DNA of 37,288 bases from a virus. How positions within the stretch are numbered: the first letter of the stretch is position 1; every line of letters begins with the position of its first letter. Positions 16,512-27,725 of this stretch are shown piece after piece. The stretch lies in UHGV virus genome UHGV-1407012. One strand, 5' to 3'. The notes below the pieces were generated by a model that worked only from the letters and a program-made list of their open reading frames with translations, ran no database searches and was not told where the DNA came from. Made by a program: the position numbers and the translations under genes.

Positions 16512-16536
16512 GCCTCGCATTCGCGGGGCTTTTTAT
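16512..16536 (+). terminator. Candidate rho-independent terminator after the lysis cassette
   Basis: GCCTCGC-attc-GCGGGGC stem (one G-U pair) followed by TTTTTATAT. Confidence 0.45.
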
Positions 16537-16678
16537 ATCTGAATTTCACAGCGCATCTCACGCGCATATTAACGAGAGCCTTTCAGTAAGCGAGCCTGAG
16601 AAATGCCGTTATAGGTGGCGACCTCTCTCGGGCGGCTTTTCTGTGAGACAGGCTCACTTTCTAAAAGGTAAAGACGCT

Positions 16679-17197
16679 ATGAATCATCAATTGGCTAATC
16701 TCGATTTCCGGGACATGGTGGTTGTTTCTGGTGATCGCGTGATCACAACCTCCCGCAAGGTAGCAGCTTACTTCGACAAGCAGCATCACCACATCATTCA
16801 GAAAATCGAAAAGCTAGACTGTTCGGATGAATTTCTAACCAGCAACTTTTCGCGGGTTACCTATGAACACAAGGGTAATCAGTATGTTGAATATGAAATT
16901 TCCAAAGACGGCGCGATGTACATCATCATGTCGTTTACCGGCAAAAAAGCTGCCGCCATCAAAGAGGCGTTTATCAAAGCATTTAATTGGATGCGTGACA
17001 GGCTGATGGAGATGGCTCACTCATACCAAAGAGAGCACAACGAGTTAATGCTGGAGTTCATGAAGGAAAAGGATGTTGCCAGTATGTCAGGACGCTTGCT
17101 GAGTCGCTGGGGCAGGATCAAAAAACCGCAACTCATAGCAAGAATCGAAAGGCTTGAGCAGCAGGCGCAAATATCGATCCCCGGACTGCCAAAGTGA
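16679..17197 (+). CDS. rha: Rha-family phage regulatory protein
   Basis: ATG 16679 inside track ORF 16436..17197; N-terminal DMVVVSGDRVITTSRKVAAYFDKQHHHIIQKIEKL is typical of the Rha domain. Confidence 0.7.
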   Translation: MNHQLANLDFRDMVVVSGDRVITTSRKVAAYFDKQHHHIIQKIEKLDCSDEFLTSNFSRVTYEHKGNQYVEYEISKDGAMYIIMSFTGKKAAAIKEAFIKAFNWMRDRLMEMAHSYQREHNELMLEFMKEKDVASMSGRLLSRWGRIKKPQLIARIERLEQQAQISIPGLPK

Positions 17198-17491
17198 CCA
17201 TTCCAAAGCCCATCTACGGGTGGGCTTGATAATGAAACCGGAATTTATTCTGGGCAACCAGTTACGGCAGTACCGCGAAACAACCCAAGCCAGTAAGTGG
17301 GGAAATAACACTGGCAGCCACTGAAAGATGAACCTCCTGCCTGATGGCAAAAAAGATTCTTTGTGGTGGCGGACTGATGGAAAGACATCGGTTATTGCAG
17401 AGACCATTCAATGAGTGGTCTCGACAATGGCTTATACCCTACACGGGATAACTTAACTGATATCCCTTTTAACGGATAAACGGAGCCAACA

Positions 17492-17734
17492 ATGGCAGAG
17501 ATTATTCCCATGACTGAAGAACAGAAATTCCAGTTAGAGATTTACAAGCTGGTCATGAACCAGAACGCAGCCGCAGAGGAAGCATTTCAATTCATTGGCA
17601 CTGACGAGCTGAAGCTTGAGCTATTCAAAATTCACTTCCAGTCAGGCGGCGCTAATTCAGATATCACGATCCGCACATTCGAAGCGGTGCGTAAATCGAA
17701 GGAAGCGTTAGACCTGTTCACCACCGGAGCATAA
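17492..17734 (+). CDS. Hypothetical protein immediately upstream of terminase (80 aa)
   Basis: GGAG RBS 6 nt upstream of ATG. Confidence 0.55.
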   Translation: MAEIIPMTEEQKFQLEIYKLVMNQNAAAEEAFQFIGTDELKLELFKIHFQSGGANSDITIRTFEAVRKSKEALDLFTTGA

Positions 17735-17736
17735 AC

Positions 17737-18174
17737 ATGGCGCGCCCAACAAAGTATCAAGAGGCGTACGCCGAACAGGCACGCAAACTGTGCTTGCTGG
17801 GCTACACCGATGCAGAGCTTGCTGATTTCTTCGAAGTCAGTGAGTCAACTATTAACAAGTGGAAGCTTGATTATCCTAAGTTTTCGGAGTCCATAAAAAA
17901 GGGTAAGGCCGTCGCTGATGCAGAAGTTAGTGATCGTCTTTATCAACGCGCTATGGGCTTCGTGGCTCCAGACATCGATATTCGTGTTATTGAAAACAGA
18001 ATTGTCGAAACTCCGCTTGAGAAGTATTACCCGCCTGATACAACAGCTGCCATCTTCTGGCTTAAGAACCGACAGAAGGATAAATGGCGCGATAAGCAAG
18101 AAGTTGAACACACCGGAGAGGTTAACCTGATTCAGCGCATTCAGGAGGCCAGAAAACGCGCGAGAGGTGAGTAA
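17737..18174 (+). CDS. Terminase small subunit (HTH-containing, Sf6-like type)
   Basis: HTH LGYTDAELADFFEVSESTINKWK; position directly upstream of TerL with TAATG junction. Confidence 0.65.
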   Translation: MARPTKYQEAYAEQARKLCLLGYTDAELADFFEVSESTINKWKLDYPKFSESIKKGKAVADAEVSDRLYQRAMGFVAPDIDIRVIENRIVETPLEKYYPPDTTAAIFWLKNRQKDKWRDKQEVEHTGEVNLIQRIQEARKRARGE

Positions 18175-19634
18175 TGTCGTCAGAATTCGAGGCAATGCTT
18201 GCCGATGATATGGGGCGATTCTTTTACGATCCGCTTGGCTTCGTTATGTATGCGTTTGATTGGGGAACTGGTGAGCTTGAGGGCTTTGACGGACCCGATG
18301 AATGGCAGAAAGAGTTTCTGACAGATTGGGGAGACGCAATCAGGACTAATAACTTCGACGGTGTTAAACCTGTTGAAGCCTATCGTTGCGCTACCAGCTC
18401 TGGTCACGGTATCGGTAAAAGTGCTCTAACTGCCTGGGTCATTCTGTACATCCTCAGCACTCGTCCTTTCTGCAAGGGCGTCGTGACAGCCAATACCTCT
18501 GAACAGCTTCGCACCAAAACATGGGGCGAGCTGGGCAAGTGGAAGAAGCGGTGCATCACCGGTCACTGGTTTGAGTACAACAACGGAAAAGGCAACATGA
18601 ACATCTACCATGTGGATCACATGGAATCATGGCGCTGTGACGGCCAGACGTGTCGGGAAGAGAACAGCGAGTCATTTGCTGGCCTGCATGCAGCTAACTC
18701 AAGCCCGTTCTACATCTTCGATGAAGCCTCAGCGGTTCCTGACAAAATTTGGGAAGTAGCAGAGGGCGGCCTTACTGACGGCGAGCCTTTCTGGTTTGCA
18801 TTTGGGAACCCGACGCGTAACACCGGTCGATTCCGAGAGTGCTTCCGCAAGTTCAAACACCGATGGCGTCGACGTCAAATTGATAGCCGCCTGGCAAAGA
18901 TGACCAACAAAGAGCTCATCGAAGAGTGGCGCAAGGATTACGGTGAAGACAGCGACTTCTTTAAAGTACGTGTTCGCGGTCTATTCCCATCGACATCAGA
19001 AGTCCAGTTCATACCTCAGGCATATGTGGATGAGGCCATGTCTCGCACGCTTGAACCCGGCTCTTACACATTCGCATCCAAAATAATCGGCGTTGACCCT
19101 GCTTACACAGGTAGTGATGAGGCATCAATTTACCTTCGCCAGGGTCTTCATGCGCGCCTGCTTGGCACCTACCCGAAAACAGATGACGACGTTAAGTTCG
19201 CGCAAATCGTCGCAGGATTTGAGGATGAGCATAAGGCAGATGCAGTGTTCATAGACTTCGGGTATGGCACCGGAATTCACTCAATAGGTAGGTCGTGGGG
19301 AAGGAAGTGGCAGCTGGTTAACTTTGGGGGTGAATCCAAAGACCCCGGCATGCTGAACAAGCGCGGTGAGATGTGGAACTCAATGAAGTCATGGCTCAAA
19401 GAAGGGGGAAGTATCGATGATCAGCAAACAGCTGACGAAATCGTTGCTCCTGAGTACAGGGTTAAGCTCGATGGGCGCATCGTCCTTGAGGCCAAAGATG
19501 ACATGAAGCGCCGTGGGGTTCCTTCACCAAACCGCGCTGATGCGTTAGCCCTGACGTTTGCATTCCCGGTAGTCAAAAACAAACCAACTAAGCCATTACC
19601 GGCTCCAATTCGTCCAATTTCCAGAGGTAGATAA
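18174..19634 (+). CDS. Terminase large subunit
   Basis: 486 aa; Walker-A-like [10 protein letters not shown]; acidic nuclease-domain motifs; stop overlaps the portal start. Confidence 0.85.
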   Translation: MSSEFEAMLADDMGRFFYDPLGFVMYAFDWGTGELEGFDGPDEWQKEFLTDWGDAIRTNNFDGVKPVEAYRCATSSGHGIGKSALTAWVILYILSTRPFCKGVVTANTSEQLRTKTWGELGKWKKRCITGHWFEYNNGKGNMNIYHVDHMESWRCDGQTCREENSESFAGLHAANSSPFYIFDEASAVPDKIWEVAEGGLTDGEPFWFAFGNPTRNTGRFRECFRKFKHRWRRRQIDSRLAKMTNKELIEEWRKDYGEDSDFFKVRVRGLFPSTSEVQFIPQAYVDEAMSRTLEPGSYTFASKIIGVDPAYTGSDEASIYLRQGLHARLLGTYPKTDDDVKFAQIVAGFEDEHKADAVFIDFGYGTGIHSIGRSWGRKWQLVNFGGESKDPGMLNKRGEMWNSMKSWLKEGGSIDDQQTADEIVAPEYRVKLDGRIVLEAKDDMKRRGVPSPNRADALALTFAFPVVKNKPTKPLPAPIRPISRGR

Positions 19635-21454
19635 TGGCCGACCAAGACGACAAATTGCGAACCATTCTCCTTCGGTTTGACAGGGATTGGGCAGCAAGCG
19701 ATGAGGCCAGAACCGAGGCGACAAATGACCTGTATTTTAGCCGAGTGTCGCAATGGGATGACTGGCTATCAAACTACACCACCCTGCAATATCGCGGACA
19801 ATTCGATGTTGTCCGCCCGGTGGTCAGGAAGCTGGTCGCAGAGATGCGCCGGAACCCTATCGACGTTCTCTTCCGACCAAAAGACGGTGCTAATCCTGAT
19901 GCAGCCGATGTATTGATGGGTATGTATCGTACTGATATGCGCCATAACACGGCAAAGATTGCCGTTAACGTTGGCGTTCGTGAGCAGATAGAGTCCGGCG
20001 TTGGTGCATGGCGTCTGGTCACACAGTACGAAGACAACGACCCAACAAGCAACAATCAGGTAATCCGACGCCTTCCAATCCATGAAGCCTGCTCACACGT
20101 CATATGGGACGCAAACAGCAAGCAGATGGATAAGAGCGACGCTAAGCACTGCACGGTGATTAACGCCTTGTCGCGCAATGGCTGGAAAGAGTTCGCAGAG
20201 GATTACGGTATTGATCCTGACACCCTGCCATCTTTCCAGAATCCGAACGATACATGGCTGTTTCCGTGGGTATCGAATGATGTCGTCTACGTCGCTGAGT
20301 ATTACGAGGTCGAAGAGAAGAAGGAGAAAGTCTTCATCTACCGCGACCCGCTGACAGGTGAGCCGGTCAGCTATTACCAGCAGGATATCAAAGACGTCAT
20401 CGACGACCTGGCTAATCGTGGATTCATTAAGGTAGCAGAGCGTAAGGTGAAGCGTCGTCGTGTGTATAAGTCGATCATCACCTGCACGCAGATACTGAAA
20501 GACCGAGAAAAGATAGCCGGAGAGCATATCCCAATCGTTCCAGTGTATGGAGAATGGTCATTCGCTGGTGACAAGGAGTGCTACGAGGGAGTGGTAAGGC
20601 TGACGAAAGACGGGCAGCGACTTCGCAACATGATTATGTCGTTCAACGCCGACATCGTGGCGCGGAACCCTCAGAAGAAACCTTTCTTCTATCCAGAGCA
20701 GATTGCCGGTTATGAGCACATGTACGGTGGCGATGACGCCTATCCGTACTATCTCATCAATCGCACTGATGAAAACGGAGCTGATCTACCGCCAACGCCA
20801 GTTGCGTACATGGAGGAGCCTCAGGTTCCGCAGGCCAACGCCTACATGCTTGAGGCCGCCACCGCTGCAGTGAAGGAAGTCGCTAGCCTTGGCGTTGATG
20901 CTGAGGCTGCAAACGGGCAGGTGGCTTTCGATACCGTCAATCAACTGAACATGCGGGCAGACCTTGAGACATACGTGTTTCAGGATAACCTGGCTACCGC
21001 AATGCGGCGTGATGGCGAGATTTATGCCTCAATGGTCAATGATATTTATGACGTTCCTCGTCATGTAACGCTGACACTTGAAGATGGAAGCGAGAAAGAC
21101 GTTCAACTCTATGCGCAAGTTGTCGATTACCAGTCCGGCAATGTGGTCACACTCAACGACATTCGCGGTCGCTACGAGTGCTACACCGACACCGGCCCAT
21201 CATTCCAGAGCATGAAGGAGCAGAACCGCGCAGAGATTCAGGAGTTGCTCACCAAGGTTCCGCAAGGTACTCCAGAGTTCCAGATGCTGATGCTGCAATA
21301 CTTCACGCTGCTTGACGGTAAAGGCGTCGAGATGATGCGAGAGTACGCGAACAAGCAACTGGTGATGATGGGGCTGAAGAAACCAGAAACACCTGAAGAG
21401 ATGGAGATGGTACAGCAGGCTCAACAGCAGCCGCAGCAGCCATCAGCAGCGTAA
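19634..21454 (+). CDS. Portal protein (P22 gp1-type), ending at the first of three in-frame TAA codons
   Basis: 606-aa ORF closely resembling the P22 portal core as recalled ([26 protein letters not shown]...[13 protein letters not shown]...). Confidence 0.85.
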   Translation: MADQDDKLRTILLRFDRDWAASDEARTEATNDLYFSRVSQWDDWLSNYTTLQYRGQFDVVRPVVRKLVAEMRRNPIDVLFRPKDGANPDAADVLMGMYRTDMRHNTAKIAVNVGVREQIESGVGAWRLVTQYEDNDPTSNNQVIRRLPIHEACSHVIWDANSKQMDKSDAKHCTVINALSRNGWKEFAEDYGIDPDTLPSFQNPNDTWLFPWVSNDVVYVAEYYEVEEKKEKVFIYRDPLTGEPVSYYQQDIKDVIDDLANRGFIKVAERKVKRRRVYKSIITCTQILKDREKIAGEHIPIVPVYGEWSFAGDKECYEGVVRLTKDGQRLRNMIMSFNADIVARNPQKKPFFYPEQIAGYEHMYGGDDAYPYYLINRTDENGADLPPTPVAYMEEPQVPQANAYMLEAATAAVKEVASLGVDAEAANGQVAFDTVNQLNMRADLETYVFQDNLATAMRRDGEIYASMVNDIYDVPRHVTLTLEDGSEKDVQLYAQVVDYQSGNVVTLNDIRGRYECYTDTGPSFQSMKEQNRAEIQELLTKVPQGTPEFQMLMLQYFTLLDGKGVEMMREYANKQLVMMGLKKPETPEEMEMVQQAQQQPQQPSAA

Positions 21455-21466
21455 ATTTAAGGGTAA

Positions 21467-21802
21467 GGTATCCTTCTGCAAGGTCAGGCTGAATTGCTCA
21501 AGGCAGAGAACCAACAGGCGCAGATTCAGGTTGAAGCCGCCAAGGTTGAAGCCCAAAACCAACTCAACGCCGCGAAGATTGCGGAAATCTTCAACAATAT
21601 GGACCTCGACAAGCAGGCAGAACTGCGTGAGTACCTCAAGCTCGTAGGTCAATTCCAGCAACAGCGCAGCAAAGATGCTCGTGCTAACGCTGAGCTGCTT
21701 CTTAAAGATGCAGACCAGACTCATTCACAACGCATGGATTTCGCGAATCTTATGCGTCAAGTTCAAATCCCCTCCGGCGGAGTAGCCGAGACACCTCAAT
21801 AA
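21467..21802 (+). other. Portal C-terminal barrel-homologous segment, same frame as the portal, separated from it by TAA-ATT-TAA-GGG-TAA
   Basis: [47 protein letters not shown]...SGGVAETPQ is colinear with the C-terminal helical barrel of P22-type portals; first possible start is TTG at 21494. Confidence 0.6.
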
Positions 21803-21815
21803 GAGAGAGTTAACC

Positions 21816-22727
21816 ATGGACCAAACCACCGACATTCAGGCTTCTGAAGAATTAACCCTGCCCGGCAATCATGCAGCGGCATCTGCTGATGGCTTAGTTG
21901 TCGATAATGCCAACGACAACGCAGGTCAGGAAGAAGGCTTCGAGATTGTCCTGAAAGACGATGAGAAACCAAAACAAGACCCGGCAACTAATGCTGAATT
22001 TGCCCGTCGCCGCATCGAACGCAAACGCCAGCGTGAGCTTGAGCAGCAGATGGAAGCGGTTAAGCGAGGAGAGTTGCCGGAGCACCTGCGGGTGAACCCT
22101 GAGTTACCAAAACAACCAGACCCTAACGATTATCTTTCCGAAGATGCACTGGCTAAGTACGACTATGACCAGAGCCGCGCACTGGCTGCCTTCCAGCAGG
22201 CAAACAGTGAATGGCAGATCAAGGCTATGGACGCACGAAGCCAGGCTGTCGCCGAGCAGGGTCGCAAAACTCAGGAGTTCACCCAGCAATCAGCGCAATA
22301 CGTCGAGGCAGCCCGTAAGCACTACGACGCAGCGGAAAAGCTCAATATCCCTGACTATCAGGAGAAAGAGGATGCATTCATGCAACTGGTGCCGACAGCA
22401 GTCGGTGCCGACATCATGCGCCTCTTCCCGGAGAAATCCGCCGCTCTCATGTATCACCTTGGTGCTAATCCTGAGAAAACACGCCAGTTGCTGGCGATGG
22501 ACGGGCAATCCGCGCTGATTGAGCTCACTCGACTGTCAGAACGTTTAACTCTCAAGCCTCGAGCCAAGCCTGTTTCAGAAGCCCCGTTACCTGATGAACC
22601 CATTCAGGGACACGCTGTTGCTGCAAATATTTCTGCGATTGAAAAGCAGATGGAAGCGGCAGCAAACAAAGGGGATGTAGAGACGTACCGCAAGCTCAAG
22701 GCGCAACTGAATAAAGGAATTCGATAA
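21816..22727 (+). CDS. Scaffolding protein (P22 gp8-type)
   Basis: 303 aa, acidic and helical, colinear with P22 scaffold as recalled; position between portal and coat. Confidence 0.8.
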   Translation: MDQTTDIQASEELTLPGNHAAASADGLVVDNANDNAGQEEGFEIVLKDDEKPKQDPATNAEFARRRIERKRQRELEQQMEAVKRGELPEHLRVNPELPKQPDPNDYLSEDALAKYDYDQSRALAAFQQANSEWQIKAMDARSQAVAEQGRKTQEFTQQSAQYVEAARKHYDAAEKLNIPDYQEKEDAFMQLVPTAVGADIMRLFPEKSAALMYHLGANPEKTRQLLAMDGQSALIELTRLSERLTLKPRAKPVSEAPLPDEPIQGHAVAANISAIEKQMEAAANKGDVETYRKLKAQLNKGIR

Positions 22728-24022
22728 TGGCATTAAATGAAGGTCAACTGGTCACGTATGCTCTGGATGAAATCATCGAAACCGTCCAGAATCTGACGCC
22801 AATGGCGTCCAAAGTGACAAAATACACCCCTCCGGCAGAATCCATGCAGCGTTCAAGCAACACCGTGTGGATGCCTGTTGAGCAGGAAGCGCCAACTCAG
22901 ACTGGCTGGGATTTAACTGGCAACGCTACCGGGATTCTGGAACTCTCCGTGAAATGCAACATGGGCGATCCGGATAACGATTTCTTCGAGCTTCGTGCAG
23001 ATGACCTGCGTGATGAGCGTTCTTACCGTCGCCGCATCCAGGCATCCGCCAAAAAACTGGCGAATAACATTGAGTCAGCAATTGCCAAACAGGCAACCGA
23101 AATGGGCTCACTTGTTGTTCACGATACCCGCGCAATTGGTCCATCTACTGGCCTGTCTGGCTGGGATTTTGTGTCTGATGCAGAGCGCCTGATGTTCTCC
23201 CGTGAGCTAAACCGCGATATGGGCATCAGTTACTTCCTGAACCCTGACGATTACCGCAAAGCAGGCCGCAACCTGGTAGATGGTGACATCTTCGGTCGCG
23301 TTCCTGAAGAAGCGTATCGCAACGGTACTATTCAGCGTCAGATTGCTGGCTTTGATGAAATTCTTCGCTCACCGAAACTTCCGGCAGTTACCAAGTCAAC
23401 CGCTACTGGTGTAACTGTTTCTGGTGCGCAGAAGTTTAAGCCGCAGGCATACACCCTTGATACCGATGGTAACAAAGAGAACGTCGACAACCGTGTTGCA
23501 ACGGTGACCGTATCCTCCACCACCGGATTTAAGCGCGGCGACAAAATCAGTTTCACTGGTGTGAAATTCCTGTCTCAGATGGCGAAGAACGTGCTGACTG
23601 ATGATGCTACTTTCTCAATCACCCGTGTGATCGATGGTACTCACATCGAAATTACGCCGAAACCGATTGCACTGGATGACGCGTCACTGACAAAAGAAGA
23701 GAAGGCTTACGCTAACGTAAACACCTCTCTTGCTGATACCACTCCGGTAAACGTTCTGAACGTGGCAACAACCACCGCTAACGTGTTCTGGGCTGATGAC
23801 TCAATCCGCCTGCTGTCTCAGCCGATTCCGGTAACCCATAAACTGTTTGCTGGCATGAAAACGTCTTCCTTCAGCATTCCTGGTATTGGTGTTAACGGAA
23901 TCTTCGCAACGCAGGGTGATATCAACACTCTGTCTGGTAAGTGCCGTATTGCTGTGTGGTATTCAGCATGTGCTGTACGACCAGAGGCAATTGGTGTTGG
24001 TCTGCCTAACCAGACCGCGTGA
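22727..24022 (+). CDS. Major coat protein (P22 gp5-type, HK97 fold)
   Basis: 431 aa, [22 protein letters not shown]... colinear with P22 coat as recalled. Confidence 0.85.
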   Translation: MALNEGQLVTYALDEIIETVQNLTPMASKVTKYTPPAESMQRSSNTVWMPVEQEAPTQTGWDLTGNATGILELSVKCNMGDPDNDFFELRADDLRDERSYRRRIQASAKKLANNIESAIAKQATEMGSLVVHDTRAIGPSTGLSGWDFVSDAERLMFSRELNRDMGISYFLNPDDYRKAGRNLVDGDIFGRVPEEAYRNGTIQRQIAGFDEILRSPKLPAVTKSTATGVTVSGAQKFKPQAYTLDTDGNKENVDNRVATVTVSSTTGFKRGDKISFTGVKFLSQMAKNVLTDDATFSITRVIDGTHIEITPKPIALDDASLTKEEKAYANVNTSLADTTPVNVLNVATTTANVFWADDSIRLLSQPIPVTHKLFAGMKTSSFSIPGIGVNGIFATQGDINTLSGKCRIAVWYSACAVRPEAIGVGLPNQTA

Positions 24023-24028
24023 TAACCA

Positions 24029-24055
24029 GAGGGAGCTTCGGCTCCCTTTTCTATT
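24029..24055 (+). terminator. Rho-independent terminator after the coat gene
   Basis: AGGGAGC-ttcg-GCTCCCT stem followed by TTTTCTATT. Confidence 0.65.
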
Positions 24056-24065
24056 GGAGATACCA

Positions 24066-24671
24066 ATGAGCGTAATGATTTTTCAGGCTGGCGGAGATAC
24101 CAAAATCTGGGGGCGCAAGCTGAAAACGAAAACCGTTGATCCTGATGATGTAGCTGTGCACTTAGCAAATGGCTGGTATAAGCACCCTGACGATGTTCCT
24201 GATGATCCTCTTGTTGGTGATCAAATTGGGAGTGTTGGCGGAGGTGAAACTTCCCCAGTTGATATGGGCGAAGTGTCCGACGGTTATCACACTTTTAACG
24301 AGCTTTACGCTCACCGAGTGCGGCTCTTCTCATCGCTGATGCATGCTTACGCTGAGCTTTCGTGGTGGTCTCGCAAACACAGTGACGGTGAAGAGTGGGA
24401 TGGCTGGATCATTGCTGGTATCACCACTCCAGAAGGCGAAATCACTTATCACCTACCTGTTGAAGAAATCGAGTTCCTTCCTGAAGGTACTGAGCTTGAG
24501 TTCGGGAAAGAGTGGGATGGTCATGAAGCAAATGATGTTCTTGGACGACTCCTGAGTTTGCGTCCGGCTATTGCAGAGCCAGAGCCAGAGCCAGAGCCAG
24601 AAGAAAAACAGCGTAAAAAGCCTGGTCGAAAACCTAAGGCGGCAGCAGATGAACCTGACAACGAAGGGTGA
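24066..24671 (+). CDS. Acidic hypothetical protein with PEPEPEPE linker and basic tail (201 aa); apparent inserted gene between coat and gp4
   Basis: ATG 24066 with GGAG RBS inside track ORF 23886..24671; own terminator upstream; 3' end overlaps the gp4 start by 23 nt. Confidence 0.6.
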   Translation: MSVMIFQAGGDTKIWGRKLKTKTVDPDDVAVHLANGWYKHPDDVPDDPLVGDQIGSVGGGETSPVDMGEVSDGYHTFNELYAHRVRLFSSLMHAYAELSWWSRKHSDGEEWDGWIIAGITTPEGEITYHLPVEEIEFLPEGTELEFGKEWDGHEANDVLGRLLSLRPAIAEPEPEPEPEEKQRKKPGRKPKAAADEPDNEG

Positions 24672-25149
24672 TTTAGTTCTTGCGGCATTACGTAAGCTCG
24701 GTGTGGCATCAAATGCCACGTTAACCGATGTCGAACCGCAGTCTATGGAAGACGGCGTCAACGATCTTGAAATGATGATGGCGGAATGGCTTGGCGGTGA
24801 TGCGTCACCAGGTATCAACGTTGGCTACATTTTCGCTGATGCCGATGTCGCTCCAGATCCGGGCGATGAGCACGGTTTATCAAATAACGCTATCAATGCT
24901 GTCATTTTCAACCTTGCCTGCCGCATTGCTCCGGATTATGCGCTGGAAGCGCCTGCAAAACTTATAACCACTGCCAGATACGGGAAAGAGCGACTCGTCA
25001 AACTGTCTGCAATGGACAGAGCAAAAGCCGCTAAATGTAAGTCCGGTTATCCAAACCGTATGCCTGTTGGTAGCGGTAACCAGTTGGCGAAGTGGAACGG
25101 TTGGAATTACTTCCACCGAAAGGAACCTTGCGATAACGGGAGCGAATAA
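24649..25149 (+). CDS. Tail accessory factor gp4 homologue
   Basis: [47 protein letters not shown]... resembles P22 gp4 as recalled; ATG 24649 inside track ORF 24571..25149. Confidence 0.75.
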   Translation: MNLTTKGDLVLAALRKLGVASNATLTDVEPQSMEDGVNDLEMMMAEWLGGDASPGINVGYIFADADVAPDPGDEHGLSNNAINAVIFNLACRIAPDYALEAPAKLITTARYGKERLVKLSAMDRAKAAKCKSGYPNRMPVGSGNQLAKWNGWNYFHRKEPCDNGSE

Positions 25150-26567
25150 TGCCGATTCAGCAACTTCCGCTCATGAAAGGTGTCGGCAAAGACTTTCGAA
25201 ACGCCGACTATATCGACTATCTGCCAGTGAATATGCTGGCTACACCCAAAGAAATCCTGAACAGCAGCGGATATCTTCGCTCATTCCCGGGCATTGCCAA
25301 ACGTTCTGATGTGAACGGTATATCGCGCGGCGTCGAGTACAACATGGCGCAGAATGCTGTGTATCGCGTGTGTGGTGGGAAGCTGTACAAAGGAGAAAGT
25401 GAAGTCGGTGATGTTGCCGGAAGTGGTCGAGTATCAATGGCTCATGGTCGGACATCACAGGCGGTAGGTGTTAATGGTCAACTGGTCGAGTATCGCTATG
25501 ATGGCACGGTTAAAACCGTCTCAAACTGGCCTACTGATAGCGGATTCACTCAGTATGAGTTAGGTTCAGTCCGCGACATTACACGCTTACGTGGGCGTTA
25601 TGCGTGGTCAAAAGACGGCACGGATTCATGGTTTATCACTGACCTCGAAGACGAATCGCATCCTGACCGTTACAGCGCACAATATCGCGCAGAATCGCAG
25701 CCGGACGGTATCCTCGGCATCGGAACATGGCGAGACTTCATCGTCTGCTTTGGTTCATCGACGATTGAATATTTTTCCCTGACTGGGGCAACCACCGTTG
25801 GTGCCGCTTTGTATGTCGCACAGCCATCACTGATGGTGCAGAAAGGCATTGCCGGAACTTACTGCAAAACGCCATTCGCTGATTCGTATGCGTTCATCAG
25901 CAATCCGGCAACAGGTGCGCCGTCTGTGTATATCATCGGCTCCGGTCAGGTATCACCAATCGCCAGCGCGAGCATTGAGAAAATTCTCCGCTCCTACACT
26001 GCTGATGAACTGGCTGAGGGTGTGATGGAGTCTCTGCGATTTGATGCGCATGAGTTGCTGATTATCCACCTTCCTCGCCATGTTCTCGTGTACGACGCAT
26101 CTTCAAGCACCAATGGTCCGCAATGGTGTGTGCTGAAAACAGGTCTGTATGACGATGTGTACCGCGCTATCGACTTCATTTACGAAGGCAATCAGATAAC
26201 GTGCGGCGATAAACTGGAGTCCGTGACCGGGAAATTGCAGTTCGATATCAGCAGCCAGTATGGGCTACAGCAAGAACACCTGTTGTTTACACCACTCTTC
26301 AAAGCTGAGAACGCCAGAGTTTTCGACCTTGAAGTTGAATCTTCAACTGGCGTTGCGCAGTATGCTGACCGCCTGTTCCTCTCTGCAACTACTGACGGCA
26401 TCAATTACGGGCGTGAGCAGATGATTGAGCAGAATGAACCGTTCGTTTACGACAAACGCGTTTTGTGGAAGCGTGTCGGGCGAATCAGGAAAAATGTTGG
26501 CTTCAAATTGCGCGTTATCACGAAGTCACCTGTCACTCTGTCTGGCTGCCAGATAAGGATTGAGTAA
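25149..26567 (+). CDS. Tail accessory factor gp10 homologue
   Basis: 472 aa colinear with P22 gp10 as recalled ([16 protein letters not shown]...). Confidence 0.8.
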   Translation: MPIQQLPLMKGVGKDFRNADYIDYLPVNMLATPKEILNSSGYLRSFPGIAKRSDVNGISRGVEYNMAQNAVYRVCGGKLYKGESEVGDVAGSGRVSMAHGRTSQAVGVNGQLVEYRYDGTVKTVSNWPTDSGFTQYELGSVRDITRLRGRYAWSKDGTDSWFITDLEDESHPDRYSAQYRAESQPDGILGIGTWRDFIVCFGSSTIEYFSLTGATTVGAALYVAQPSLMVQKGIAGTYCKTPFADSYAFISNPATGAPSVYIIGSGQVSPIASASIEKILRSYTADELAEGVMESLRFDAHELLIIHLPRHVLVYDASSSTNGPQWCVLKTGLYDDVYRAIDFIYEGNQITCGDKLESVTGKLQFDISSQYGLQQEHLLFTPLFKAENARVFDLEVESSTGVAQYADRLFLSATTDGINYGREQMIEQNEPFVYDKRVLWKRVGRIRKNVGFKLRVITKSPVTLSGCQIRIE

Positions 26568-27268
26568 TGGCGGATTCGAATCTCAATGTGCCGGTAATCA
26601 TCCAAGCTACGCGGCTCGATACATCAATCCTTCCACGCAATATCTTCTCGCAGTCGTATCTGCTTTACGTTATCGCACAGGGTACTGATGTTGGTAACGT
26701 GGCGAACAAGGCCAACGAGGCCGGACAGGGCGCTTATGACGCACAAGTCAGGAACGATGAGCAGGATGTGATTCTGGTCGATCACGAAGAAAGAATTCGT
26801 CAGCTCCGCATTGAAGTAGATGACCATGAAATCCGTATTGCTGCGAATACTGCGGCAATTGCAGCGCTGGATGTCAGACTAACCACTGCTGAAGGAGAAA
26901 TAGTCACTTTACAGGCTGACGTCAGCGCTCTTGATGGCCGGGTTACGACTGCTGAGAGCAACATTTCTGCATTACAGGACGACTATGTATCGAAAACAGC
27001 CACTGCAACACAATCGCTGGCATCTCCCCTCAATGTAACAACATCCTATTCGGTCGGCGGCACCAAGGTTATTGGTGCTCGTCAGACAGGGTGGACAGCG
27101 GCTACAGGTACGGCTCTTCGCGGCTCATTCAACGCTAACCAGACATACACGGTAAGTGCCACATACACACGGTCTGAGGTGTCGGCTATGGCTACAGGAT
27201 TGCAGCAGGCGCGGCAGCGTATCAAAGCTCTGGAAGATGCATTACGGACTCATGGGTTGATTGACTGA
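26567..27268 (+). CDS. Tail needle protein (gp26 homologue, trimeric coiled coil)
   Basis: 233 aa with heptad-rich centre, colinear with P22 gp26 as recalled. Confidence 0.8.
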   Translation: MADSNLNVPVIIQATRLDTSILPRNIFSQSYLLYVIAQGTDVGNVANKANEAGQGAYDAQVRNDEQDVILVDHEERIRQLRIEVDDHEIRIAANTAAIAALDVRLTTAEGEIVTLQADVSALDGRVTTAESNISALQDDYVSKTATATQSLASPLNVTTSYSVGGTKVIGARQTGWTAATGTALRGSFNANQTYTVSATYTRSEVSAMATGLQQARQRIKALEDALRTHGLID

Positions 27269-27723
27269 TGATTACATTCAAACCAACGCGAAACATCGAC
27301 CTGATAGAAGCAGTAGGAAATCACCCTGACATTATCGCCGGGAGCAACAACGGTGATGGATACGACTACAAACCTGATTGCCGTTACTTTGAGGTGAACG
27401 TGCACGGGCAGTTCGGCGGCATTGTTTACTATCAGGAGATTCAGCCGCTTACATTCGATTGCCACGCCATGTACCTGCCAGAGGTTCGTGGATTCAGCAA
27501 GGAAATCGGGCTGGCGTTCTGGCGATACATTCTGACTAACACCACCGTTCAGTGCGTCACATCGTTCGCTGCACGCAAATTCCGCCACGGTCAGATGTAC
27601 TGCGCAATGATTGGCCTTAATCGTGTAGGAACCATCAAGAAATACTTCAAAGGCGTGGATGACGTGACGTTTTACAGCGCAACACGCGAAGAACTAATCG
27701 ACTTCCTGAATCACGGGAGATAG
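27268..27723 (+). CDS. gp14 homologue (virion assembly/ejection-associated protein)
   Basis: Synteny after the tail needle gene; 151 aa. Confidence 0.65.
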   Translation: MITFKPTRNIDLIEAVGNHPDIIAGSNNGDGYDYKPDCRYFEVNVHGQFGGIVYYQEIQPLTFDCHAMYLPEVRGFSKEIGLAFWRYILTNTTVQCVTSFAARKFRHGQMYCAMIGLNRVGTIKKYFKGVDDVTFYSATREELIDFLNHGR

Positions 27724-27725
27724 CC

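Noticed and set aside
16436-16678. 5' extension of the Rha ORF in the track
   Set aside because: The extension has no RBS, an atypical N-terminus and overlaps a predicted terminator; the Rha domain begins at the ATG at 16679.
17087-17407. 106-aa minus-strand ORF overlapping the Rha 3' end
   Set aside because: Antisense to Rha, no RBS, Trp/Arg/Leu-rich composition typical of shadow frames; the 17198..17491 spacer was also checked for cos-like sequence and none was seen.
19769-20574. Minus-strand ORFs inside the portal gene (19769..20083, 20093..20527, 20374..20574)
   Set aside because: Antisense to a strongly supported portal coding region; no independent signals.
21755-21775. tRNA-like T-loop motif GTTCAAATCC
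   Set aside because: Flanking bases cannot form a T-stem or acceptor stem; it lies inside the portal barrel-homologous coding frame.
23886-24065. 5' extension of the post-coat ORF overlapping the coat gene
   Set aside because: It would overlap the coat 3' end and span the terminator hairpin; the ATG at 24066 has a GGAG RBS.
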